DNA of 64,000 nucleotides from Escherichia coli (GTDB lineage Bacteria; Pseudomonadota; Gammaproteobacteria; Enterobacterales; Enterobacteriaceae): NCBI RefSeq assembly GCF_024700885.2, contig NZ_CP117016.1; one strand, 5' to 3'. Shown piece by piece: positions 9,587 to 19,777 of this stretch (position 1 is its first letter; each line of letters starts with the position of its first letter). The notes under the pieces were generated by a model. It saw only the letters and a program-made list of their open reading frames with translations, ran no database searches and was not told where the DNA came from. The position numbers and the translations under genes were made by a program.

Positions 9587-12500
9587 TCACTCCTGTACTA
9601 CTGGACATATTGTTATATTGCCGGGCAGTCTGGAAATCCAGGCACTTTTCTCCCAGCTATGTGTGGTAAGCAGCTTATTACTCAGATTCACCTGTAAATC
9701 TTTAAGTTTATCCTTTTCCTGTTTTAGTTGTTCCCATTCGATATATGCCTGACTTAGATTGCCTGTATCACTCAGTTTGTAACGGACAAGAATGCCTTTA
9801 ATCCCCATTGATTCGAGAAAATTTCTTGATTCTGGAGAAAAATCCTTTGTCATTAACTCACTCTCTCCATCCGAAAACTTGTTGATAAAATCAATCCAGG
9901 CTGTTTCTCCTGTAAACTTATAGGTGGCAGAAAAATTAGGGAACAAAATGTCAATTCTTACAGAGTGACAGCTTCCCGGATACCAGGTAAAAATACCTGA
10001 ATCAGCAAAATTCATACTTCGTATACTGCTGTTACCTGTTTTACACTCAAGAGTCAGAGTTGTACCTGTTGGTTTGACTCGGGGATTATCCGGAATTGTC
10101 GCAGGTGCACTATCTATCGTAACTCTGTAAGGCTGTGACTCAGCATTTTGTAGGGTCTGATTCAGTAAGTCTAGTTGCCCCTGTACATTTATTAATTCAT
10201 CCTTGTTTTGCGTTCGCTCTCTGAGCCAAACATCAAGCAGATCATCCGGGGAAACAATGTCATTAATGAAAGTAATGAATGAAGGGGAAAAAGGTATACT
10301 TCTTTCCCTGAAGGACAACAGTCTGACACCGTCTGGATCAAGCGCTAAAACTCCGTTAGACGGACCTTTCAAAAAGCCAATAATGTCCTTATATACTTTT
10401 CCCTGCATCTCAGAATAACTGAGATTATGTTTTCCTGAGTTAAACCGGCCTAAAACAGAATTCCTCCATTGTTCACCAACCCAACACCCTGTATAAGTGA
10501 CAGCATGGTCGAGAAGTTGATAAATCTGCCGCTCATAAATATCCCATACAGAATCAATCACCGGCTCTCTATTATTGCTGTTAATGACTGAGCGAACCTT
10601 TTCAAACTCATCAAATAATATTACCAGCTTGTTTTCTGGATCTGAACGCATGGCATTACGAATAAGTTCAACTGATGATGCTGTATGTAACACTGAATTC
10701 ACGGCATTACGTAGAGCATTCTGCCAGCTTCTCCATGTGGTAACATGAGTCAGTGTCCTGTTCATTTGACTGTTATTAAGAACAGAAATCAGGTATATAC
10801 GTAACATGAGATCAAATTGTTCTATTTGACGTTTCATTCCGTTATCCACTTTAAGTGAAAACAGATGGTTAAGCAGTCTGAATTCAGAAAGCCAGTCCTG
10901 CGCCGAACTCGTTGGTATATTGTGTAATTCATCATCTACAAACTGAAAGAATCTATGCTCAGATGAGCGATTGTGTATAATATTGGTCAGTTGCAGCGGA
11001 TTCATTAAACCTGAATGTGAGTCTTTACGTGCCCTTGCAACAGACATAATAAACTGTCTGAAATGCTCCTGACGACTTTCATCCAGGTATAGCACAAAGG
11101 ATGAGAACGCCTCCGGAACCGTATCACGTCCATATGCCTCTTTGATAGTCTCATACCACTGATGAAGTTTATTCTGTCCCGGTTGTGTCCATATTCCGGA
11201 AAGATAGACAGAAGAGTTTTCATCTTCCCAAAAGTCCGTAATTCTTACAGCAGGAATATTAACATCTTCAGAAACAAACCATGAATAAGACGGGTCACTC
11301 TGAACCAACTCAGTCAGGAGGTTTCTGAACACATAAATATTCTCAATTCCATTATTTTTCTGTATCTCATCTCTTTCTACAGCAAGTGAAGCTATTGATG
11401 ATATTTTATCATGAGGTCTGGTTATCTTCAGTAACTCATGAATACCAGGAGATTTTGCTAAGTCACTCAGGGATTCATCTTTCATCATCTTATCCCAACT
11501 GATAAGTGATGATGAGAGCGACAGAATTAGTTCTCGCTTTCCTGATGGTGAAGCTTGCATGAAATTCTTCTTATATTCAGTAACGCGCCATGAGACAGGA
11601 CTGATATCGAATCTTGTTGTTTTATGAAGAGATTCTCTGAAAAATAGATATTTATCATCTAGTGCAGGCTTAAAAGGGAAATACCGCATGTTAGACCTAA
11701 CTTTGTCTTCATATTTTGATATCTGCTCTGTCAGAAATGCATGGCTGGTATCAACAGAACCATGTCTGATGTTATACACATTATATGAACAATATCCGCT
11801 ATATCCAACAAAACACAATGCAGTCATGACTATAACTGATTTAAACGATACATTCACTCTTTGTTTGTTAACATGAATAACGTCTGAATCATGTATTTGT
11901 GGCAGTATCTCGGAAATAAGGATATCAGCAAAAATACAGTTTTTGTCCTTCTCCCCCATGAGTTCACCAGATAAACAGATCCCGGCAATTTCCGTCTGAG
12001 AGAAAAAAACGTTCTCAATACAGAATGTGGAAATAAATATGTCAAGTGAATACTTTAGACCTTTCAATCTATCAGGAAACTGCAGTATATCATTTTTTTC
12101 CTTGTCACTTAATGAATCATCAAGCGCATGGCATATTGATGCCATTATATTAGATCTTAATGATGATAATATGTATGATGAATCATATTCAGATGCATTC
12201 GTCCCTGATTTATTGGTTGCCCAAAACACTGGATGCCATTTTTCATGTTTTTGATAGATTTTTTGTGCCAGCACTGAATATCCACTGATGTGCTCACATC
12301 CACTAATCACTATAAAGACCGGAATGTTGTGATGTAAGTGTAACGACAGTTGTTCTACAAAACTCCTTGTTTTTTGAGACAATGTCCGAATATAGGTGTA
12401 ATCATGATTAATTAGCTTATCAGCAGAAATGACGAGAACAACGCCACGAGGTGGCTGTTTTTTACATTTACGTGCTGATAAAGAACTTATCACAGAGTTT

Positions 12501-13000
12501 ATTACTCCCGGGTTATCATATATCTTTCCTGACAACTCCAGCACGCTTAAATCTCTGAAAAACCACCAACGAATTGTCCGGAATTGTTGGGGAGTGCTAT
12601 TTACACAATTACGGTGAAAGACAGGAAGATTGATATCTTCAAGCAAAGAGTTGTTTTTTTCTGAATCTCCCGTAAGTAAGAACCAAGGAACCTCTCCTCT
12701 TCCCCTTTTACTTATGATATTCAGACCTTTTTTGAAATACGAATCAAGCGTCAATGCTCTCTTTTTACGAGAGAAAGACTTTAGAAAATTTCTGTATTTT
12801 CCTGCAGAAAAGTAATTATGGATACAATCCATAATAAATTTAAAGGAAAGAGTAACAAGAATCACAGAAATCCAGTAAAGTGCAGTTGTAGTATCTGTCC
12901 AGTTTCTGAACACGCCGATAACATAGCAAACAGACAGAACGAAGACAGAAACAAAAAACCAGAGAAATAATGAAAATGTCTTCTTAAGCATAAAAATCAT
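9587..13000 (-). CDS. tssM: T6SS membrane-complex subunit TssM (IcmF-like)
   Basis: 1137 aa with N-terminal transmembrane segments; size and position between tssL and clpV; homologous in architecture to 46540-49929. Confidence 0.85.
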   Translation of the reverse strand: MIFMLKKTFSLFLWFFVSVFVLSVCYVIGVFRNWTDTTTALYWISVILVTLSFKFIMDCIHNYFSAGKYRNFLKSFSRKKRALTLDSYFKKGLNIISKRGRGEVPWFLLTGDSEKNNSLLEDINLPVFHRNCVNSTPQQFRTIRWWFFRDLSVLELSGKIYDNPGVINSVISSLSARKCKKQPPRGVVLVISADKLINHDYTYIRTLSQKTRSFVEQLSLHLHHNIPVFIVISGCEHISGYSVLAQKIYQKHEKWHPVFWATNKSGTNASEYDSSYILSSLRSNIMASICHALDDSLSDKEKNDILQFPDRLKGLKYSLDIFISTFCIENVFFSQTEIAGICLSGELMGEKDKNCIFADILISEILPQIHDSDVIHVNKQRVNVSFKSVIVMTALCFVGYSGYCSYNVYNIRHGSVDTSHAFLTEQISKYEDKVRSNMRYFPFKPALDDKYLFFRESLHKTTRFDISPVSWRVTEYKKNFMQASPSGKRELILSLSSSLISWDKMMKDESLSDLAKSPGIHELLKITRPHDKISSIASLAVERDEIQKNNGIENIYVFRNLLTELVQSDPSYSWFVSEDVNIPAVRITDFWEDENSSVYLSGIWTQPGQNKLHQWYETIKEAYGRDTVPEAFSSFVLYLDESRQEHFRQFIMSVARARKDSHSGLMNPLQLTNIIHNRSSEHRFFQFVDDELHNIPTSSAQDWLSEFRLLNHLFSLKVDNGMKRQIEQFDLMLRIYLISVLNNSQMNRTLTHVTTWRSWQNALRNAVNSVLHTASSVELIRNAMRSDPENKLVILFDEFEKVRSVINSNNREPVIDSVWDIYERQIYQLLDHAVTYTGCWVGEQWRNSVLGRFNSGKHNLSYSEMQGKVYKDIIGFLKGPSNGVLALDPDGVRLLSFRERSIPFSPSFITFINDIVSPDDLLDVWLRERTQNKDELINVQGQLDLLNQTLQNAESQPYRVTIDSAPATIPDNPRVKPTGTTLTLECKTGNSSIRSMNFADSGIFTWYPGSCHSVRIDILFPNFSATYKFTGETAWIDFINKFSDGESELMTKDFSPESRNFLESMGIKGILVRYKLSDTGNLSQAYIEWEQLKQEKDKLKDLQVNLSNKLLTTHSWEKSAWISRLPGNITICPVVQE

Positions 13001-13599
13001 CTCATATAAATCATGGATAAAACCACAAAATAGACAGCAACAATACCTACAAGTAATAAATAGAAACCAAGCCTCGATGATTTATACTTTTTTTTCCTGA
13101 GTGAAATATTGTTTCCTTCGTCGATTGCAACATTCAATTCACATTGTCGCCTCAGCCTCGATATATAATTATTGATTTCATCATTACTACCCACGGAATA
13201 TTTACCTCTGAAACCCAGTAACAGGCACAGGAGAAAGACCCATCCAGCCTGACTTCCCGATTCGATGACTTTATCAAGTTTATAAAAGAACTCGACCCCC
13301 CCAGTGGAGTGTCCGAAATATTTTATCTGCAAAAGATTATCACGCCATTCTTTTCTACAGGGAAGCTCTGAACACAATATTGCCTCATCAAGCATGACGA
13401 TTACAGCATAAAATGCCGCATCAAGTTCGCTGTCACTCAACGACATTTTTTCACTATTGCGAACAGCCTCCTCAACAGTGTTAATTATATTCTTTCTAGT
13501 ACTGTCGTAATCACTATATTCTTCAGGGAAAACTCTGACAGATGATATGAGTTTAAATACTGGCATATAGCATTCAACAATATTCACCAGCACCTCCAC
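12997..13599 (-). CDS. tssL: T6SS membrane-complex subunit TssL (DotU-like)
   Basis: 200 aa with C-terminal transmembrane helix (LLLVGIVAVYFVVLSMI) and a DotU-like core (YAVIVMLDEAIL...GGVEFFYKL). The track start is a GTG codon, so the true start is uncertain. Confidence 0.7.
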   Translation of the reverse strand: MEVLVNIVECYMPVFKLISSVRVFPEEYSDYDSTRKNIINTVEEAVRNSEKMSLSDSELDAAFYAVIVMLDEAILCSELPCRKEWRDNLLQIKYFGHSTGGVEFFYKLDKVIESGSQAGWVFLLCLLLGFRGKYSVGSNDEINNYISRLRRQCELNVAIDEGNNISLRKKKYKSSRLGFYLLLVGIVAVYFVVLSMIYMR

Positions 13600-13898
13600 A
13601 ACATAAGTATAACATGTTTCATCCCCAAAAATGATAAACTGTAATTGAACATTTGCCCACTGGCACTGATATTCGCCAGATGAGCAACATCCATGCTCAC
13701 TATGTGGGTGGTTCTCATTATGTTCAACACCACTACAGAGTTAAATACGGTTCTTACATATGGTTGACATGAACGCAATACTGCTTCTCCTATCGTGTCC
13801 ATAAACATCCTGCGATTTTCTGTTCTGCCATCCGGTTCTCCTGTGGAGCCTGACAGATATTGTACTAGGCTACGTCTTCCAGTGTCTGGATAAAGCAT
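13584..13898 (-). CDS. Small ORF (104 aa) filling the tssK-tssL gap
   Basis: ATG preceded by GGGAG a few nt after the tssK stop; it fills the only long gap in an otherwise tightly packed operon. No recognisable family; could be spurious. Confidence 0.3.
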   Translation of the reverse strand: MLYPDTGRRSLVQYLSGSTGEPDGRTENRRMFMDTIGEAVLRSCQPYVRTVFNSVVVLNIMRTTHIVSMDVAHLANISASGQMFNYSLSFLGMKHVILMLWRCW

Positions 13899-13925
13899 AT
13901 TTCAGCTCCCAAAAGTGGATGAGCG

Positions 13926-15356
13926 TTATCTGCCAACCGCCGGATGGAAAGAACCGTTATCCTGTTTAGGCCTGCTTACGGCATACTTTTCCTGCGATAA
14001 TACTAACTCTACAAGTAAATCATCAGGACTACATGACCAATAGAATGCAACTCTTTTTTGAGTCTGAGCTAACGTCCATAATTCTGAATGTTTATCTATC
14101 TTTAACCAGATTGTATTCTCTCTTACCTGCAAATCAGATGTAACGGCATCCATCACTGTAAACTTGATTCCTGGAAGAGCATGCTGAATTATCATGTCGA
14201 TATGTTCAGATGGAGCAATCTTAATCTCTGGCAATGCAATCAGCTTATTCTTTCTGAAGGTATCTGAGGTTAACTTAATATAGTAATCTGAATTACTTCC
14301 GGCACCGTACTCATCGAAATTACAGATCAATGTATCAGTAGTTATTTTTCTGAATTCAACACTAATAATCTTATCTCGACATGAATCATCCAGTATTAAC
14401 TTAATATAATACTGCAGATCACTGAAACATGAGATCTGCTCATAATGATTGTATGATAGTTCGACAATCCTAGTATCTGAAAGTCCAGAGTTATGAAATG
14501 TAGATATTTCCCCTGCAAACTGACATAATGCCATATAATACAACCATGGGTGAATGGCATCTTCATTAATGAATGAAGAAAGAAGTGGTAATGTCCTATT
14601 AATAGCACATAGAATTAAAAAGTTATAAAGATGTCCATCGGACACTGTTCGTTCTGTATATCTGTATTTCTCCAGTCTATTTTTGTAGAACTTAATATCC
14701 GAATAGATCTCTGCGATCTTATTTCTAAGTTTGTGATTCGCAGATAACCTCATCACGGGAAATGAACACTCATCATCAATACATAATGAATTATTTCCAT
14801 ATATGATCCTTGTCAGGGGTAAATACTCATAGTCTGTAGTATTATCTTTTTCCTCATCTGTAAGAATCTGAATATCATATTTTATTCTTGTAATATCGGC
14901 ATCCTGACTGTCATGATAAACATTACGCATGTTACGTTCATCATCTGAACTTATCCATCTGGCAGAGCCTCGTTTATCATTAACACTGGAGACATTTTTA
15001 TGACCGGAATTGAATCTCTTAAGCGCAAGCCACAAATCCACGGTACCGTGATCTGAACCTTTGAGATTTGTCAGGCACTTATCCTGTACCACACAGTTAC
15101 CCGGATACTCGATATAATACCCTGAAGATAAAACAGCCTTTATTTTTTCAACTCTGACAGTATCTTCCTTAAGAAGATCATCATTGATACAACATTCATA
15201 GTACCCCTGATGATGGGGTTGTGATAACTGCCTGCTTCTGGCAAGCATGAAGCCATGATGCAAGTCAATTGACTGAAAGTGCTGAGGTTGTAAATAGAGC
15301 CCTGAATACCAATAAACAAGTTGTTCTTCTTCTTGCATGCAGTAATACCCGTACAA
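13926..15356 (-). CDS. tssK: T6SS baseplate subunit TssK
   Basis: 476 aa; N-terminus VYWYSGLYLQPQHFQSIDLHH matches the conserved TssK start (W.EG..L.PQHFQQ.D). Confidence 0.8.
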   Translation of the reverse strand: MYGYYCMQEEEQLVYWYSGLYLQPQHFQSIDLHHGFMLARSRQLSQPHHQGYYECCINDDLLKEDTVRVEKIKAVLSSGYYIEYPGNCVVQDKCLTNLKGSDHGTVDLWLALKRFNSGHKNVSSVNDKRGSARWISSDDERNMRNVYHDSQDADITRIKYDIQILTDEEKDNTTDYEYLPLTRIIYGNNSLCIDDECSFPVMRLSANHKLRNKIAEIYSDIKFYKNRLEKYRYTERTVSDGHLYNFLILCAINRTLPLLSSFINEDAIHPWLYYMALCQFAGEISTFHNSGLSDTRIVELSYNHYEQISCFSDLQYYIKLILDDSCRDKIISVEFRKITTDTLICNFDEYGAGSNSDYYIKLTSDTFRKNKLIALPEIKIAPSEHIDMIIQHALPGIKFTVMDAVTSDLQVRENTIWLKIDKHSELWTLAQTQKRVAFYWSCSPDDLLVELVLSQEKYAVSRPKQDNGSFHPAVGR

Positions 15357-15911
15357 TTATTTCATACTGATACTTTCTTTACCCATCGATATCTTTTTGG
15401 AAAGAGGTAAGAGTGATGCATGTAATGATTTGTTCCACCAACCTTCCTCAACAACATCAACCGGAATATCTAAGAGTAACATATGCTGTTTTCCAGGAAA
15501 TGGATAGTATCCAGCAATCACACCTACATATTTAGTCCCTTCATTCCTGTCTATATGTAGCGTTATCTCCTGCCCCGGCATAGCCACGTATTTATCAACT
15601 TTAAGAATGCCATCAACCTTACCTGTCCCGATAAAAAACTGTTTGATTAACACAGGATTATTCATTATGTCCTGTAATGTATTTTTATCTGAAGCCTGTA
15701 AGAATAATAATGCACAGCTGTTGGATATCTCGTTAAGTGAGTTTAATTGCGTATCAGATGATATCTGAAAAGTAAGCAAGCCGGCGCCAAATGGAGCATC
15801 GGCATTGTTGATAGCCTGCACTCTATCCTGTTCAGAATACTTATCAGAACAGGCAGTGATGAAAAAGGGGAATACCATAACCGCTAGTAGCAGGCACTTA
15901 ATAGTCATCAA
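15357..15911 (-). CDS. tssJ: T6SS outer-membrane lipoprotein TssJ
   Basis: 184 aa; signal peptide with lipobox (FFITAC); position between tssA and tssK. Confidence 0.7.
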   Translation of the reverse strand: MMTIKCLLLAVMVFPFFITACSDKYSEQDRVQAINNADAPFGAGLLTFQISSDTQLNSLNEISNSCALLFLQASDKNTLQDIMNNPVLIKQFFIGTGKVDGILKVDKYVAMPGQEITLHIDRNEGTKYVGVIAGYYPFPGKQHMLLLDIPVDVVEEGWWNKSLHASLLPLSKKISMGKESISMK

Positions 15912-15915
15912 TTTC

Positions 15916-16992
15916 TCATCCTTTTAAGACACGGTTTATTTGTTCCATAGAGTCATTATCTTTAAGTAGTTCCTCAAGCCATTCTGACATAGTCATTGTT
16001 GACCAACGTATGGCCCTCTCCAGAAGATAAGGAACAGGACTGGTTGGTTCAGATTGCCTGAAAAAAATAGCTATTTTCTCCAGTTGCTCTATAGCTTTCT
16101 CCCTTGACATCTCTTTATCTGTTGAGGGTGTTAATGCAGAATAAAATTCCTTTTTTTCCTCAGGAAGTGCTGTCCTTGTGTCTCTGCTATCGGGTTTGCC
16201 TAGAAATTGAGAAACTGAACTGTGATCCAGTGTTTCTTGCGGCAAAAAACGACTCAGTAACTCGGTTATCTCACTGATGATATGTCTGGTTTTTGCGAAA
16301 ATATGATGTATATCTTCATGCGTATGAAAGAAGTAAGAAGATTCAATCTCATCAATTTTGTCAGGTAGATCATAAAGCTGGAGAAGTTGCTCACTAACCT
16401 TGCGGGGATTATATTTTCCTACAGCTCTTTTGAAGGACTCAACAGAGTGATCACCTTCGCTCTCTATTAATCTTTCTTTTCCAGCTTCTGACAAACTTGC
16501 TCCATGTTCAAACGATAACACCTTATACCATTCAGAAAGTGTGATTTCCTTATCCTCAAGAAGAGGATATGCTTTCAGATACTCTGATAAATCTATATCA
16601 AGACGAACCAATTTACTGTAACGAATTTCCTGACCTTCTTCCTGCGATGGCCAGCATGTAGTCCAGTACTGAGAAATAAACTTTGCAAGATATTCCAATC
16701 CGCAATGCATCCCTTCCAGAGCATATAAATGCGTCAAGGACTCCACATACCAGCAACTAATTTGTAGGTCCTTACTCTTATTACGTAAAGTAACCTCACA
16801 TAATTTTCTTACTTTTCTCCAGTCAGCTCTGCGGGGTTCACTGACAGCCCATTCCCCCTGAGACATATAGTCCGGATCATTTTGTCTTGCCTCCCGTATT
16901 TCGCTATACACCGGATCATACTCAATATCATCACCTGCCGGCGATTCTCCTATAACAGGAAGCAGTAATGTATCCGTTTCTATTTTGTTCAT
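15916..16992 (-). CDS. tssA: T6SS protein TssA (ImpA N-terminal domain)
   Basis: 358 aa; N-terminal LLLPVIGESPAGDDIEYDPVYSEIREAR is the ImpA-N signature. Confidence 0.75.
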   Translation of the reverse strand: MNKIETDTLLLPVIGESPAGDDIEYDPVYSEIREARQNDPDYMSQGEWAVSEPRRADWRKVRKLCEVTLRNKSKDLQISCWYVESLTHLYALEGMHCGLEYLAKFISQYWTTCWPSQEEGQEIRYSKLVRLDIDLSEYLKAYPLLEDKEITLSEWYKVLSFEHGASLSEAGKERLIESEGDHSVESFKRAVGKYNPRKVSEQLLQLYDLPDKIDEIESSYFFHTHEDIHHIFAKTRHIISEITELLSRFLPQETLDHSSVSQFLGKPDSRDTRTALPEEKKEFYSALTPSTDKEMSREKAIEQLEKIAIFFRQSEPTSPVPYLLERAIRWSTMTMSEWLEELLKDNDSMEQINRVLKG

Positions 16993-16995
16993 TTT

Positions 16996-17301
16996 TCATC
17001 CTATTAATACCTGAGGATATCCACTGACAATTGTCCCTCCGTGAGCACAGATATCGCCCATTCGTGCAGCTGGTTTGCCGCATATCAAGACCTTAACACT
17101 TCCCATAATGACAACATCCACTGGCCCAGAACAAAGAGCCAGGGTCCCCAATGTCGCTGCCGGTAATCCACCAATAAATACAGACGGAGAGCCTGGTGGT
17201 AACAATGGCCCCCCAACATGGGGAACAGGTGGTAAACCAGGCGTCACCATAGGACATACATGCATATCAGTAACTCTTGCAGCAGGTTGAGGCATATACA
17301 A
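16996..17301 (-). CDS. PAAR-domain spike-tip protein
   Basis: 101 aa with two PAAR motifs (MPQPAARVTD, CGKPAARMGD) and conserved Cys/His; no C-terminal toxin extension. Confidence 0.8.
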   Translation of the reverse strand: MYMPQPAARVTDMHVCPMVTPGLPPVPHVGGPLLPPGSPSVFIGGLPAATLGTLALCSGPVDVVIMGSVKVLICGKPAARMGDICAHGGTIVSGYPQVLIG

Positions 17302-17304
17302 CTC

Positions 17305-17772
17305 CTAGGAATGACTATTACACCAATGCCGAAAAAGAAAAAACACACCTTCATCAGGTGCATCATAATATTTATTCGACTGATGCATTAATATTCCATA
17401 AATAATTTTTTTTTCTGAACATGACGGTGCATAGACCGGATCATATGGGGCCGGACTTAGACTCCCCTGTGATACAAATAATGACACCCCCAGTGCACCT
17501 GTCTGAGTGGAAAATCCAACAGACTCAGCGTGTCTAAATATTTCCCAGCGTTGCTCATCATCGCCTTCCTTCCATCTGACAATAGACTGTAAAAGCAGTG
17601 AATCCTCTTCAGGAGATAACTGAGAGATAAATTGTGCCAGCCATCTGATTAATACTAACGAATCTGTATTATTAATCCAGAAATCAAGTGCATCCAGCCA
17701 TCTCCCTTTTATCAGCATTTGCTCAACTGTTTTATTAATTTCCGGAACAGTGATATTCTTTGTCTCTGACAT
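17305..17772 (-). CDS. Hypothetical protein (155 aa) between vgrG and PAAR
   Basis: Intact ORF, spaced for translational coupling with both neighbours; no motif recognised. Confidence 0.4.
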   Translation of the reverse strand: MSETKNITVPEINKTVEQMLIKGRWLDALDFWINNTDSLVLIRWLAQFISQLSPEEDSLLLQSIVRWKEGDDEQRWEIFRHAESVGFSTQTGALGVSLFVSQGSLSPAPYDPVYAPSCSEKKIIYGILMHQSNKYYDAPDEGVFFLFRHWCNSHS

Positions 17773-17782
17773 ATGTAATCCT

Positions 17783-19765
17783 TTATCCTATATTCACGAT
17801 TCCACCTTTTATCTGTGTCATTGCAGAGCCCTGAAGCGTCAACATGGTGCCTTTTACCTCAGAAATAGCCTGGCTTTCAAACTTAAGTGTGGCCGCTTTG
17901 ACCTCTGCCGATACCTGCCCTTCTATAGTAATTTTAGCGGCTTTTATATCTATACCTGATGTGGATAACGTTATCTCATTTGCACCCACTTTTATTTTTA
18001 TTGACTGTGTTGATTCAAGAGTAAGATTCTTATCGGTGATAAGACTACCACTTCCCCCGCTCACTTTAAGATTATAATCTCCGTTCGAAACTTTTATATT
18101 AATATTACCATGTACATCATTATGTAGGTCACCTTCTTTAAGAACAAGCCTGTCATTCCCTCTTTTTATTTCAGCATTACGCCCTTCAGCAATAGTTAAC
18201 GACATAGAGCGGTTAATAGTGCTGATCATATCCTTCTTTACAGTCAGGAGAGAATCACCAGATGAAGTCACTATAACTTTTTCCTCACCTTCTTTATCAT
18301 CAAAAACCAGTTGATGACCTTCTCCTTTTTTACCATTCTTAACACTACGGGTGATAAATCCAGACTTACAATTATTCTCAGGAAGAGAAAAAGGCGATGT
18401 ATTCTGACCATTATACACTGTACCAACGATAACTGGATAGTCAGGATTACCCTGTATAAAACTAACCAGAACCTCACTGCCAATGCGAGGAATAAACTGA
18501 CTACCGAATCCCTCCCCGGACCATACCTGAGATACACGGACCCAACAGGAGGTTTTATCTGTACCTGCCGCTGACTTTTCTCCCCAGAGAAAGCTGATTT
18601 TTACACGCCCATTATCATCTGTATAATATTCTTCGGAGTCAGGGCCGACCACTCTGGCAAGTAAAACACCGGGAATAATAGGTGTTTTAAATTCACGGCT
18701 GAAATTAAGTGAGCTTTTATTATCTGAAGCACACAAATCACAATAACACAAACCAGCATGTTCATTGTCATTGTTGACAGCATTAAGATATAACGAAGTA
18801 ATTCTGTAATCCTGTTTGTCCAGACTGAAACACTCCCCGCATGACAACCACCATGAATCCGTTTTTCCTGACCAGATTTTGAGTTCACTGTCACATGATG
18901 CTATCAGTGCTTCAGAACGTTTCTTTATCAACTCACGCTTTCTCTCTGGGATAATATCTTCATAAACTCCCTTACTGGGTTTTACATCCGTCAGTTTACT
19001 TTCTGACTTTATAGTAATTTCACTGACATTACTCTCATTATAACCTGAAAGTGTCACAGAAGGACATTTGAGACTTTCTGTGAAAGACCATTCCCTGATA
19101 TAGCCATGACGCGATTCCTTCAGATTTTCACAGGGTAAGTGTTCCAGTTTATCATAAGATGCTTTAGGATGAGATGCAGGATCATCTGCCAATGTCATAA
19201 TATGTTTATCTCTATTATGAACAAAGAAATAGTAAATGCCCGCCTCAGACAAAATTCTATTAATAAAGTCAAGATCTGACTCCTGGTACTGGATCTTATA
19301 CTCCAGCAAATTCTGTTCTTTATATAAAATTACTTGTGGCGGACTAAATAAACTGTCTTCCAGAATTGTGCTTACAATATCTGATGGCTTTATATTTGAC
19401 CATACTCTTGTTCTTTTACCAGATGCCAATTCGGCTATCTCTGGTTGTAAGATAATAATGCAGGTATGTTGCATGCTGTTATCATAATTATATATCACTT
19501 TTGTGACCACACCATGAATGAAACGCGCAGGTAACGAATTGTATTGTTCCCCGATCTCACAACTCAAACGCGTGCCGTGTAACTTATCCAGAGAGTTGTG
19601 GTCGGTCCTACTAAAGCATTTTATTTCATAACTATATACATCAGATATTGACTCTTTACCTTTAATCTCAAGTGGAAATAATGATATATCACAGCCGTGC
19701 AACCGGATAAAATGTTCACTCTGGAATTTATAATGATCGTCAGATATAAATCTTTGCCTAGTCAT
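17783..19765 (-). CDS. vgrG: T6SS spike protein VgrG (TssI), no C-terminal extension
   Basis: 660 aa; conserved gp27/gp5-like motifs including YQESDLDFINRILSEAGIYYFF. Confidence 0.85.
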   Translation of the reverse strand: MTRQRFISDDHYKFQSEHFIRLHGCDISLFPLEIKGKESISDVYSYEIKCFSRTDHNSLDKLHGTRLSCEIGEQYNSLPARFIHGVVTKVIYNYDNSMQHTCIIILQPEIAELASGKRTRVWSNIKPSDIVSTILEDSLFSPPQVILYKEQNLLEYKIQYQESDLDFINRILSEAGIYYFFVHNRDKHIMTLADDPASHPKASYDKLEHLPCENLKESRHGYIREWSFTESLKCPSVTLSGYNESNVSEITIKSESKLTDVKPSKGVYEDIIPERKRELIKKRSEALIASCDSELKIWSGKTDSWWLSCGECFSLDKQDYRITSLYLNAVNNDNEHAGLCYCDLCASDNKSSLNFSREFKTPIIPGVLLARVVGPDSEEYYTDDNGRVKISFLWGEKSAAGTDKTSCWVRVSQVWSGEGFGSQFIPRIGSEVLVSFIQGNPDYPVIVGTVYNGQNTSPFSLPENNCKSGFITRSVKNGKKGEGHQLVFDDKEGEEKVIVTSSGDSLLTVKKDMISTINRSMSLTIAEGRNAEIKRGNDRLVLKEGDLHNDVHGNINIKVSNGDYNLKVSGGSGSLITDKNLTLESTQSIKIKVGANEITLSTSGIDIKAAKITIEGQVSAEVKAATLKFESQAISEVKGTMLTLQGSAMTQIKGGIVNIG

Positions 19766-19777
19766 AATATATTCTCA

